From Pachysolen tannophilus NRRL Y-2460 (taxonomy: Eukaryota), in contig KV454011.1 of the NCBI GenBank assembly GCA_001661245.1, positions 1,266,724 through 1,330,723 on the forward strand: a DNA stretch of 64,000 nt, given 5' to 3'. Each line of letters starts with the position of its first letter. The first letter of the stretch is position 1. Position numbers and translations under genes: made by a program. Positions 20,454-31,469 of the stretch are shown here, piece after piece. Under the pieces are notes generated by a model, which was not told the origin of the DNA, searched no databases, and saw only the letters and a list, made by a program, of their open reading frames with translations.

Positions 20454-22058
20454 CTATATGTATTTCTTATCATCGCTAGTAGTATTTGTAAATTGATCAC
20501 TTTGCTTGTTTGAAGTTATTGCAGTTTGATCATTGGTTTTAATTGATGTGGATTTGATATTATTAGTTTGAGTTGATTCTGTATTTTCATTTGAATTTTG
20601 ATCATCTATTAATTTAGCATTTTCTAATATACTTGGTTCAAATCTTAGTGATTTTTTCTTTTTCTTATTTAATGCATTATTAGATGAATCTAAAGAAGAT
20701 GTTGTACCACTAGCTGAAACGTTTTGTAATTCCACAGTAGGTGGTGTTGTTATAGTCTCAACACTTGGTGCACTGTTCCCACCACTACCAATACCACTAC
20801 CACTACCACTACCACTACCACTACCACTACCGCTGCTATTACTATTATTATTATTATTATTATTTGATCTAACCAATTCTGCAGTACGAATCCACCTTCT
20901 TCTTCTTGTATATTTTCCAAATGAATCTTCTGTGGATGGTGATTTCCATGTATTGTCATAATAAATAAATCCTTCATCAGGTTTAGGATCAGCCGTTGAT
21001 TTTGGTCTTGATGAAGGTAATTGTAAAGATCCGTCATTTGTTAAATCTAATCTCCAAGTTTTATCCACCCAACGCCAATACATCCCTGATTCATCGGTAA
21101 TATCAGCAAGTTCAAAATCATTAATAGATTTTGATTCATTTAAAAATTCATCTGTCCAAGGAGTTCTTTCATAACTTAATAAATTTGATGTCCAACCAAT
21201 ACCTAACCAGCGGCGTTGATTTTCATATAATACATAAGTAAAACGAATCAGTCCATCTTTAGAAAGATCTTTACTATTTAAATTTGAAGATTTTAAAGTT
21301 TTTGACATTGCTAATTTGAAAAGGGAATTTTTATTATTACCATTATTCCCACCAGAAAAATTTAAACCTGTTATATAAAAACATAATAATCTAACAGTTT
21401 TAGATTTCCATAAAATTTTCCTTGTAACTCGTGACCATGTAGAATGATAAGTTAATATGAAAATCCCAGTAGCTAATAACATAGTTCTTGGAGTTATTAA
21501 GAAAAAAGTTAAAATAATATAAATTGGTGATAAAAAAATAGTTGTAAAAAGTAATCTTTTTAAATCATATGATGTTAAATTTAATGAAGAAATTGGTGAA
21601 AGTAACATATCAGACCTTACTGCCACTGTAGTCAAAGCATGTACAACATCATCTAAAGTTGGATGTAAATCTTGTTCTTTTTCTATTTGACGACTTAATA
21701 AAGCATAAGTAGTTAATAATCCAACTATTAATAAATGACCAAAATAAATCATTAAATTTTCAAAATATAAAACAATTAAAGTATATATTCCAACAATTAA
21801 AACTGATAACCATACATCATCTGCTGTCCATGTAAAGACTCCTAATACCTCGTTTGTAAATAAAATATAAGGATATGATCTCAATAAAGCTTTTGTAACT
21901 GTGGGAGGCGTTGATGATAATAATGGTGATATCTGTGGTTTTGATGATGAATCGGAAAGTTTTGCTTCTTCAATATTTGATTTCCCAGTAAACTTCAGTC
22001 TAGTCTCCTCTTTCTCCTTTACCGAAGAAGAAGTTGGTAATGGTTGTGATAATGACAT
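20454..22058 (-). CDS. PEX30: Peroxin Pex30/Pex31 family (reticulon-like + dysferlin domain)
   Basis: PLLSSTPPTV.KAL..YP, RFTYVLYENQRRWLGIGW, W.WVDKTWRLDLTNDG, YYDNTWK.PS.EDSF.KYTRRRRWIRTAEL. Confidence 0.92.
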   Translation of the reverse strand: MSLSQPLPTSSSVKEKEETRLKFTGKSNIEEAKLSDSSSKPQISPLLSSTPPTVTKALLRSYPYILFTNEVLGVFTWTADDVWLSVLIVGIYTLIVLYFENLMIYFGHLLIVGLLTTYALLSRQIEKEQDLHPTLDDVVHALTTVAVRSDMLLSPISSLNLTSYDLKRLLFTTIFLSPIYIILTFFLITPRTMLLATGIFILTYHSTWSRVTRKILWKSKTVRLLCFYITGLNFSGGNNGNNKNSLFKLAMSKTLKSSNLNSKDLSKDGLIRFTYVLYENQRRWLGIGWTSNLLSYERTPWTDEFLNESKSINDFELADITDESGMYWRWVDKTWRLDLTNDGSLQLPSSRPKSTADPKPDEGFIYYDNTWKSPSTEDSFGKYTRRRRWIRTAELVRSNNNNNNNSNSSGSGSGSGSGSGSGIGSGGNSAPSVETITTPPTVELQNVSASGTTSSLDSSNNALNKKKKKSLRFEPSILENAKLIDDQNSNENTESTQTNNIKSTSIKTNDQTAITSNKQSDQFTNTTSDDKKYI

Positions 22059-22450
22059 TTTTTAAAAATTGAAATAATTTTGTTTTAATACTTGCTCTCT
22101 CTTTCTCTTTCACTCTCTATTTTTCTTTCTCACTAAATATATAAATATATATCAATTAATTAATTCACAAAACCTCTTTTTTCTTTTCCTTTTTAACTTA
22201 ATAAATATTCTTTCTCTACTCAACCCTTTCACTGCTATTCAACCTAGAAACCAATAATCTTTAATCAATTTATCTCTTTATTCATATAAAATATAAATAT
22301 AAATAAATAAATATTTTAATTTTTATCATTTAATAAAAACTCATCTCTTAAAAGGGAAAGTTTTATAAAGAAAGAAAAGTAAAAAAAAAAACTATGAAAA
22401 TTTGAAGGTTTTTCCAATTTTTATTTAACTAAATACTATAAAATAATTAA

Positions 22451-24850
22451 TTAATTACACATTGAATTGAACTCTAGTTTTTGCTTTATTCTATTTTCTA
22501 GAACGTCTAGTAAAGTATCTTTCTTATCTGTTAGGATTCTTTGATCATTCTGGATATACCAAGGGTCAATGAGTTTTACCCAAGTTTTCAAATCTGTTGA
22601 ATACAGAAATACTTGATCATTATCTAAGGTCACAATTGGTATTCCATCTTTATTTAATTGACATTCTAAAATGTTTGGTATTTTCGCAAATTTTGAAATT
22701 TTTCTCTTGTTATTTGTTGTTGTAGTTTCATCTTGGATTAAATAACTAGAATGATTTAAAATTGGTGCTACAGAAACTTTATCCAAGATTTTGCATTTTT
22801 GGAAAATATTCCAACAAGACACCAACCCATTACTTGTTAAGCACAGTACACATTCTTTATTACAAGTTAATATTGAGATGCTTAAGCCCAATTCTATAGA
22901 TGGTAATAGCATGGTTCCATTTGCTGTGTATACTTTGATAGAACCAGTTTCAGTAGCAATTGCCCAAAATTTATCCTGATAACCAACTGCATGAATTATT
23001 TTATCAGGTAAAAAAAGTTCAAATTTTCTATTTCCTTTCAGATCATTACTTATTATCTTTGTAGGACAATCATCATTACTATTTCTTATTTCAATGATAA
23101 CGCAACTTGCTGCAGAAGCTTCTTCAAGTGTTGATAATTTTGAAGGTAATGATAAAGTGACTGTAATTAAAGGTTGAATTTTTAAATCTGTGAAAACTCT
23201 TGTTGGTAATAATGCTGCATGTGCTAAATATTCAGGATATTCAATATTATTTGATTTTTTCGAAGTTGTTATTCTGGTATGTAAATGAGGTTTTTTAATA
23301 GTATGTTCAATAGTATCTATATCGTCATCATCTGACTCTTCTTGTTGTGCTTCACTAATAAACCTATTACGCAACCCTGATACTGTTGTTTCCAAACCTA
23401 ATCTTGGTAACATGTATGGAGTTGTTGATAATATATCTTTTGCTAAATTTTTTTGATTTTTTTTAGATTCTGATGATGAAGATAATAAATTTGAACCAAG
23501 TTTATTATTTGAATTAAAAGCATTAGATGATGATGAAACTAACATTGGAGCTACTCTTTTTTTACCAGATTTAGTTATTGTTATCTTTTGAGCATTAAGT
23601 TTATTAATTAATTTCTTTGGTGTTAATTTTAAATTCCCATTTATTGTAGATGGTGATAAAGGTTTCTTTGGTGTACTTGTGATTTGTTGAGGTTTTGGTT
23701 TAAATTGTTGTATTAATGTTTCTGATTTTTCAATAGAATTATTTTTATCATTTAATTCTTTTTTCTCTTTTTCAAGTTCCTTTTTAGCTTTTTCTTCTAA
23801 AATTAACAGTTCAACACTTTCTGGTAATATCATTGTTTCTCTATCAGCACCATATCTATGTAATTGTGCTTCATTTTTCTTTAATGGAACTGCAATACCC
23901 AATTCATTTTCTTCAAAGCAAACAACAGTTATAGTTCCATCTAAAGAACTTAAATACAATATATCTCCATTGGGGCTCCACAGAAGATCTGTCACTGTCT
24001 TGTAACAAATTTCATCTGCAACAAATAATGGTCTTGCTCTACTTGTATTCCAAATAGCCAATTTTTTATCCTGTCCTGCAGTTGCAATAACTGTTGATAT
24101 CTTTGGATCATCATTTGGATTATCTTTAATTTCAAATAATCTAGGAGAGAATGCAACAACTTCACAAGGAGAATCATGACCAATTAAACTTATATCACTA
24201 TCCCAAGAACCTCTATTAATTATTGCCACTGATGACACGGGTCCATTTTTGGCATTGGGCACAGCAATATGTTGACCATCAGGAGACCATGAAGGTCTTC
24301 TAAAATAAGTTGTCAATGGTGATTTCTTAAAAGGTTCTGTCACTATATGCTCTATAGAAAATGTCATTTCTGTTGGTGAAGTTTTATGATATCTGAAAAC
24401 TCTTACTGTTCTATCATCAGACAGAGTTATAAAATATTTATTTGCTGGATCAAATACTATTCCTTTGACATGAGATTGATGAATATCATACCTTTTAATT
24501 TTTTCAAAAGTGTTACCATTCCATATTATAATTGATCTATCTAATCCAACAGTGACCAAAATTGATGAATCTGGTGCCCATGCCATATCTTGGATATCAT
24601 TATCATGTGCTGCTAACCTCTTCCTAACAACCCAATGTTCCAAATCAGCATCTTGTTCTCCAAGCGCCTTGGGACGTAATCCCAGCTCTTCATCTTTTTC
24701 CCAAATAAGTAAAATTCTATCATCTGAACCAGATGCTAAAAACCTTCCAGAAGGTGAAAATCTCACACAAGTAACAGCACCTGTATGTCTCCCCATTGAA
24801 CACAAGGGCCTACGTAACGCATTCTCATTTTCCAATGGCAATTCTTGCTT

Positions 24851-24881
<31 letters not shown>

Positions 24882-25230
24882 GTTTTCAAAGAATTTTCTA
24901 TTCCATCATTTTTTTTTGTTTTTTAAAAATTGGTTGTTGACCCAAATTCAAATCATTTTCATTTTTGGAAACAGACGTAAAACCAACAATTGATTCTGTA
25001 GACCATATTCTAATCTTCCCATCCAAACCACCGGAAGCTAATCTTGATCCATCAGGACTAACGGATAATGAATAAACTTCAAATTTCTTATGTTCCTCTA
25101 AATAACAAAAAAATTAGTAATCTTAAAACCCAATAATCAATATAATATAAATCAAAATTCTTTTCCAATTATACCTCAAAAATTAAAACATACCAGTATG
25201 AGTTAACCAAGGTAACTTCAAGATGTGCAT
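22451..25230 (-). CDS. HIR1: Histone chaperone/transcriptional corepressor Hir1 (WD40); one intron and an apparent 1-nt frameshift
   Basis: Exon 1 25230-25194 ([12 protein letters not shown]); intron 25193-25098 (GTATGT..TACTAAT..TTTAG); exon 2 reads [33 protein letters not shown], then the frame shifts at A-runs near 24909-24924 into the 812-aa ORF ([43 protein letters not shown]-motif [10 protein letters not shown]). Confidence 0.93.
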
Positions 25231-25420
25231 TTCTAATCCATCCCATACAAACAACCGGATCAATAGATAATTATATCTTACAGCGTATATATATATATAT
25301 TAAACTTATATGAATATAAATATATTTTATTAAAAATCAATTTTAGTTCTATACATATATATATATAATTTGTTAACAAAAAATTTTAATTTATACAAAA
25401 CTACCTTTTTCTTTCAACAA

Positions 25421-25470
25421 GTTGCCAGTTGCCAGTTGCCAGTTGCCAGTTGCCAGTAGCCAGTAGCTGG
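25421..25470. repeat. Heptamer tandem repeat (GTTGCCA)5 plus degenerate copies
   Basis: gttgccagttgccagttgccagttgccagttgccagtagccagtagctgg, just 3' of ARO8 and upstream of HIR1. Confidence 0.85.
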
Positions 25471-25490
25471 TTGCTAATTAAAGAGATTGA

Positions 25491-26912
25491 TTATAATTGA
25501 AAACTGTCTTTAACGGCAGCACCAAACCTTTCCAAGCCAATGACTAGTTTATCCAATGGGACTGCTGCGTATGTACCTCTAAAGAAGATATGAGTGTCTT
25601 TTTGTTCACTTGTCAGTTTTATTGAGAACCAAGATCCCGGAATCATCAAGCAACCTTTCTCCAATGCCATTTCATAAATTGCATTTTCAACTTTTAAAGG
25701 ATCTTTTTCAAATTCAGTTGCGAATTTAGGATGTTTTGAAGCATCCAATTTAACAGTAAAGAACATACCTGCAACTGGTGGAATAAATGAAGTAACTTCA
25801 CTTGGGAAATTTTTAGCAACTGTATCAATAGCAACATCTCTTTTTTCAGTATATTCATGACGTAAACCGATTAACCAATCCAAATAACCTTCTTGCCCCC
25901 ATTGTGATAAAGTACCATGTATTATTGCTTGTGAAAATCCTGAAGGTGCTTGAATAGAAACTTCATGCAGTCTAATTAATCTTTCTAATAACTTTTCTTG
26001 ACCAACAATCCAACCAAATCTTACACCTGGTGCCAATACTTTTGATGCAGAATCCAATCTTAAGACTCTACCTTCTGTGTCTATAGAAATAAAAGATTTA
26101 ACTAAAGAATCAAGAAATTCTTGATGAGAATGAACACCAATTTTCTTTCTTGTTTCTAAATCTTCTGTATATGGTTCCATTTGTAAAAAATAATAAGGTT
26201 CATCTTCAATAATTAAAAAATCATATTTTTGAGCAATTTTTAAAATTTCTTTTCTTCTTTCAAAAGATAATGAAGAACCAGTTGGATTTTGACCAGTTGG
26301 AATAGTATATAATAATTTAGGACGCTTACCTTCCCAAGTAGATAATTTTTCATCCAACAGTTGAGGAATAATACCAAAATCATCCATATCAATTGGTACA
26401 ATGTTAACACCTTGAGCTGAAGCTGCTTCCATTGAAGAAGGGAAAGTATATTCTTCAGCCAAGATTGAATCACCTTTATCACAAAAAGCTCTTAAAATAC
26501 CATCCCATGCTTGAGTATTACCAATAGTAGCAATACATTTCCAATCATCATATGGAACATTATGAACAATTCTAGTATGTTCTGTAACAAATTCCATTAA
26601 TGGAATTTGACCTTCAGTATAACCATATTGTAAAGATTTAGATAATGGAATAGTACCATCAGTCTTGGTAATCTTGGTAATAGTACCATCATCCGCATTC
26701 TCTGGCTTTGCTGCAATCCCTTGAGAAAATGGTGCTGCTGGAGAATTAGCAGAAACCTCATTCCATGGGAAATAATCTGAAAGTGGTAACCCTCCACCTA
26801 AAAAGACAAGATCTGGTAAACCAAAATATTTGAAAGCAGTTTTCAAAGGTGACAGGTTACGTCTCTTGGCCTCTTCTGAAAGTAAATAACTAAAATCTTT
26901 GGACTGTGGCAT
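25491..26912 (-). CDS. ARO8: Aromatic/2-aminoadipate aminotransferase (class I PLP)
   Basis: SPLK, FLGGGLP..YFPW, LQYG, PKLLYTIPTGQNPTG, IIEDEPYYFLQME, RLDS.SKVLAPG.R.GW, FFRGTYAAVP. Confidence 0.93.
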   Translation of the reverse strand: MPQSKDFSYLLSEEAKRRNLSPLKTAFKYFGLPDLVFLGGGLPLSDYFPWNEVSANSPAAPFSQGIAAKPENADDGTITKITKTDGTIPLSKSLQYGYTEGQIPLMEFVTEHTRIVHNVPYDDWKCIATIGNTQAWDGILRAFCDKGDSILAEEYTFPSSMEAASAQGVNIVPIDMDDFGIIPQLLDEKLSTWEGKRPKLLYTIPTGQNPTGSSLSFERRKEILKIAQKYDFLIIEDEPYYFLQMEPYTEDLETRKKIGVHSHQEFLDSLVKSFISIDTEGRVLRLDSASKVLAPGVRFGWIVGQEKLLERLIRLHEVSIQAPSGFSQAIIHGTLSQWGQEGYLDWLIGLRHEYTEKRDVAIDTVAKNFPSEVTSFIPPVAGMFFTVKLDASKHPKFATEFEKDPLKVENAIYEMALEKGCLMIPGSWFSIKLTSEQKDTHIFFRGTYAAVPLDKLVIGLERFGAAVKDSFQL

Positions 26913-27535
26913 CTTGCTCTCAACTATTTATCTTTATATATATATATATATATATATATGTATACTTATATAAATAATATGAATAAATAAAACTCAATCA
27001 CAATAATATAGATGGATTGAAATCGTTAATTCAATATTCCTATTAATTTCTCCACCAAATAAATTAATATGACTAATTTTGAACAATTTTTCCCCGAAGA
27101 AAAAATCGTGGAAAAAAATGGGCAGAAAAAAATCCGGAAAAGGCGAACTTCCCCGTTTGCCGCTAGGCGGGGGGTGCTGGGCAGTAGGCTGTACGCGGTA
27201 GGCTCGTTCTGCTGGTTCTGCTGGTTCTGCTGCTAGTTCTGCTGGACGGTAGTTTCAAAGAGTTTTTAATTTAATCTACAAAAACAAAATATACCTTTAA
27301 TGTATTGATGGAATGATGATGAAATAATAACCGGAAAAGTCTATGGGCAAGTCAAGTAAGAATCAAAAATCTTTAAAAATAAAAATAAAAAAAAAGTATC
27401 CCAAAAAAAAGTTTGAACGAACAACAAGTAAAAGACTATTAAATGTTAGAAAATATAAAATATACGCTTCCAAAAGAGAAAAGAATAAATAAAATAAAAA
27501 ATAAAGAAAAAAAAAAATGAAAAAAAAGGAGATCT

Positions 27536-29422
27536 TTACCTCAATTGCATAAATGCATCTAGTAAAACTGAAGGGGGTCCATTGTCACTCTTATTTTTTT
27601 CAAAAACGTTCCAGAATCGTAAAGTTTCATCTCCAGCGCCAGTGACAATTGTTTGTCCATCCGGTGACATTGCCAAATATAGCACCCTATAAGTGTGTCC
27701 TGTTAAGGAAGCAACTTGTTGCATTGACGGATATTTCCAAACAACAATTTGATTTTTAGAATATCCATGTGTAGATACCAATTCATTTGAATTTTTGGAC
27801 CAAGCCAAATTACAAACTTGTGAACCTGTATCTATATCGTTTAATTTAGTACCACTTATTGTATTCCAAATCTTTATATGCCTATCTTGAGTACCTCCTC
27901 CAGAGGCTAATATTCCTCTCAGATGAGGTGACCAACTTATAGCTTTCACTGCGGCATTATGATCATTAAACTTGTACAAAGGTTTATCATTTAAACCTTC
28001 CCATACATACAATTTATTATCGTTACCACCTGAAGCTAACTTATTTTCTTCGACATTCCATTTCAATCCACAAACTTCTTGTTTATGTGCTTCCAATCTT
28101 GTCATGAAATGTTGAGGTTCTCTAACATCTCTATGTAAGATAGATCTATCCCTAGAACCTGAACTTAAAATATGTTCATTCCAAGAAGCAGATGATACTC
28201 TTGATGAATGTCCAGTCATTGCTCTTGTTCTCTTACAACTTGCAGCATCCCATATTTCTACTAAGCCAGTATTTGTTCCAACAGCAACATGACTTCCAGA
28301 ACCAATCCATGATATACTTGTTACTGAATCATTTTCTCCTAAATCACATAATTTTTCAACAACTCCTGAAGAAGCATTCCAAAGATATACACATGATCCC
28401 AACCCAACTCCCAAGATATCTGTTGAGCCCCAATCAACTAAATTTAAATAAAAATCATCAGCTAAATCAGGAGCATCTAATACTCTATATGGTACTTTTG
28501 ATATACTTCTTGGTTTTTTTTGAGGAGATAATAATAATCTTTGAGAATCCCTTCTTACAGGAGACAACGAATATAAGTCATTTTGTATATCTAATGAAGA
28601 AGAATTGGGTCTACTTTTAGAAGGTGATTGATAAGTAAATAAATTTGCATTTTGTCTTGGTGTTGTGGCCATCTTATTATCATTACCAAAATTGCCACCA
28701 TTCCCGTTACCATTGAAATTACTATTTGAATTAATTGAAGCAGTTGTTGATCTTGGAGGTGTTCTCAGATGATTATGATGATGAGATGAACTTGATGTAG
28801 AATTTGATGTTGAAGAACTTGGTCTTGTAAGATTTAAATTATTTATACCGCTTGAATTTTTTAAATTTGCCGTTGCTAAAGGAACATTATCCCCAAATAA
28901 TTCTGCTTTAAGAACAGTATTAAATGTTCTATTTGCCTCTTCTTCTCTTTGATAATCTATTTCATTTTCATTTATTTGATTATTGTTATTACCATTGCCA
29001 TTACCATTACCATTATTATTAATATTATTAATATTATTATTATTGTTGTTGTGGTTATTAATATTATTATTTATACTATTATTATCAAGATTCAATAAAT
29101 TATCATTCCCTATCCCACTATTACGTTTCCTCAAATTGAAAACTTCATCATTACTTAAATTAAAAGCAGCTTGTAAATCTATTCCTGTCCTGTTCGGTAT
29201 AAATCTATCACTATATATTGTAGTTTTTCTTCTTGGAGTTGTTGGTGATTTCAACAATGGGTTTAATGCTGTATTCTGAAGTGATGGAGGATTCAATCTT
29301 GCAGTCGTCTTTGAGGGGGATATCGGTGTTTTCAAATTTTGGAAATCAGCATCATCATTGCTACTACTACTACTACCAGCACCATTATTATTATTATTAT
29401 TATTATTATTAGATAAAGACAT
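27536..29422 (-). CDS. CDH1: APC/C activator Cdh1 (Fizzy-related)
   Basis: C-box DRFIPNR, ISKVPYRVLDAP.LADDFYLNLVDW, WD40 repeats, GAGDETLRFW, C-terminal LR tail. First ATG 29422. Confidence 0.95.
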   Translation of the reverse strand: MSLSNNNNNNNNNGAGSSSSSNDDADFQNLKTPISPSKTTARLNPPSLQNTALNPLLKSPTTPRRKTTIYSDRFIPNRTGIDLQAAFNLSNDEVFNLRKRNSGIGNDNLLNLDNNSINNNINNHNNNNNNINNINNNGNGNGNGNNNNQINENEIDYQREEEANRTFNTVLKAELFGDNVPLATANLKNSSGINNLNLTRPSSSTSNSTSSSSHHHNHLRTPPRSTTASINSNSNFNGNGNGGNFGNDNKMATTPRQNANLFTYQSPSKSRPNSSSLDIQNDLYSLSPVRRDSQRLLLSPQKKPRSISKVPYRVLDAPDLADDFYLNLVDWGSTDILGVGLGSCVYLWNASSGVVEKLCDLGENDSVTSISWIGSGSHVAVGTNTGLVEIWDAASCKRTRAMTGHSSRVSSASWNEHILSSGSRDRSILHRDVREPQHFMTRLEAHKQEVCGLKWNVEENKLASGGNDNKLYVWEGLNDKPLYKFNDHNAAVKAISWSPHLRGILASGGGTQDRHIKIWNTISGTKLNDIDTGSQVCNLAWSKNSNELVSTHGYSKNQIVVWKYPSMQQVASLTGHTYRVLYLAMSPDGQTIVTGAGDETLRFWNVFEKNKSDNGPPSVLLDAFMQLR

Positions 29423-29650
29423 CTTTGGAAAAAGAAAAAACAAAACGAAACTTTAATCTTGCTTTAAACTCCAGCTTCTTCTTCTTCTGCTTCTTCTACT
29501 TTCTCTTCTCTCTTTCTTCTTCTTCTTCTTCTTCTTTTCCTTCTGGTTTTTTTTTATCCTCCTCTTCTTTTATTATTATCTTACTAGTTATAGCTGTCTT
29601 TTTTCTACTGATTTTAACTGTTTTGTTTGGTTTATCTTCTTTTGGTCGCA

Positions 29651-29685
<35 letters not shown>

Positions 29686-29772
29686 AAGAAACTTTTGATA
29701 ATTTAAGCACTACTATATAAACCACCTACACCTCATATACCACCTACACCATCCACACCATCTGTGACATAT

Positions 29773-29807
<35 letters not shown>

Positions 29808-29881
29808 CATAGGTGGTGTGGTGTGTATAGTGGTTTTTCTGTTTGTTTTTTTTTTCTTTTTTGTGTGTAAGTCACATCTTA

Positions 29882-31192
29882 TTATATATATTCCTCTTCA
29901 TCGCTTGATAACAGTTCGACACTTGTGAAATTATCTATGGTATCGAGTTCATCTAGGTCTACTGGGATGACAAAAGAGTCTCTTATTGCTAATCCACGAG
30001 CGTCGACGATATCTTTTGTTGTTATGTCTATTATGTCATTTGAATTATCATCGATATTATTTGTTAAATAATCTTCTTCTATAGCAGTATCAAATTCGTC
30101 TTCTTTTTCATCATATTCTATATTTTCTTCAATTTCAACGAAATCAGGTGCTAAAGCACTCCATTTTTGTGGTATTATTATTGACCATATATATATTGTA
30201 CCACTATCTAATCCTGTACAACCAATGCAACATTTTTTAAAATTCCAATCCACATCATATAATTCTTCTTTTGGACCTTCCAAGATTTTTATTAATGAAC
30301 CCATTGAAGTTTCCCACATGTATATATCATGAGAAGAACCAAAAGTTGAAGCAATAAGATATTCACCCGTATAATTAAAAGATATAGAATTCCATTGAAG
30401 TTTATTAACAACATCTTGATATTTGTGTTCAACTTCAAAATACCATTCTTCTGATGGTGTATTTTTCAAATCAATTAAATTTATTTGTCTTATAATACGA
30501 TCTGATGAATTTATAGCCATCTTATTATTTTTATGTGAAATTGTTATACTTTTAATATTAGAATTTGTTAATTTATTTGAATAAACTATTTGAAAATTTA
30601 ATAATTCAATAATATTAATTACACCTTTTGAAGTACCTGAAATTATAAAATCTCCTGAAGGATGGAAAGTTGTATATAAAGTATATTGTTTTTTCAAAAT
30701 TCCATTTTTATCTTCATTTGTAATATTAATCTTAGAATCAATTAATTTTTGTATTATAATATCCTGATCATTTGACATATCAACAAAAATTGGATCATCT
30801 TCAAATATAGAAGCTGTAAATTGATAGTAATTTTTTGGATTTAATTCACTATTCCAAATTGCACTTTGAAAAGTTATTGATCTAATAACTTCACATGTAG
30901 ATAAATCCCATAAACAAACTTTCCAATCTCTAGAAGAACTTAACAAGAACCGACCACATTTAGACCAACTAAGTGAAGTTATAGCTCTTGTATGATTCTT
31001 CAAAATTTTAATAATACCATTGGTATCATAATCAACAATTAATATACTACCATCAATTGAACCACTAGCTAAATAATCACCTTTCCTATTAAATTTAATA
31101 AAAGTTGAATGATGATGGAAATTTAATGTATTACTTAAACTTTCTGGAAACTCTTTTGCCACTGCAAAAGGATCCAACAAAGACAAATTCAT
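29882..31192 (-). CDS. SWD1: COMPASS/Set1C subunit Swd1 (RbBP5)
   Basis: MNLSLLDPFAVAKEFPE, HKYQDVVNKLQWN, IYMWETS.GSL.KILEGPKEEL, QKWSALAPDF.EIEENIEY.EKEDEFD. First ATG 31192. Confidence 0.95.
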   Translation of the reverse strand: MNLSLLDPFAVAKEFPESLSNTLNFHHHSTFIKFNRKGDYLASGSIDGSILIVDYDTNGIIKILKNHTRAITSLSWSKCGRFLLSSSRDWKVCLWDLSTCEVIRSITFQSAIWNSELNPKNYYQFTASIFEDDPIFVDMSNDQDIIIQKLIDSKINITNEDKNGILKKQYTLYTTFHPSGDFIISGTSKGVINIIELLNFQIVYSNKLTNSNIKSITISHKNNKMAINSSDRIIRQINLIDLKNTPSEEWYFEVEHKYQDVVNKLQWNSISFNYTGEYLIASTFGSSHDIYMWETSMGSLIKILEGPKEELYDVDWNFKKCCIGCTGLDSGTIYIWSIIIPQKWSALAPDFVEIEENIEYDEKEDEFDTAIEEDYLTNNIDDNSNDIIDITTKDIVDARGLAIRDSFVIPVDLDELDTIDNFTSVELLSSDEEEYI

Positions 31193-31469
31193 CCCAAACA
31201 AAAGTCTTTCAACTGTTATACAACCACTATAATCATCATCTTTTAACCTCTTTATTAAAACTTCTCTTGTTTTGTTTTATTTGTCTTTGCTTTTTTTTTC
31301 AACTACTTTTCAATTTTTTTATTTTTTTCTGTGAGTTTTTTTTTTTTTTTTGACTTTTTGTTTTATTGACAACGCGTTTTATTTCTCTCAAAAATTCAAT
31401 TAAAAATTGCTGTTGTATTAATACATTCAATTCTATAGGATCATTGGTAGTTCAATCCATTGTTTTGAG

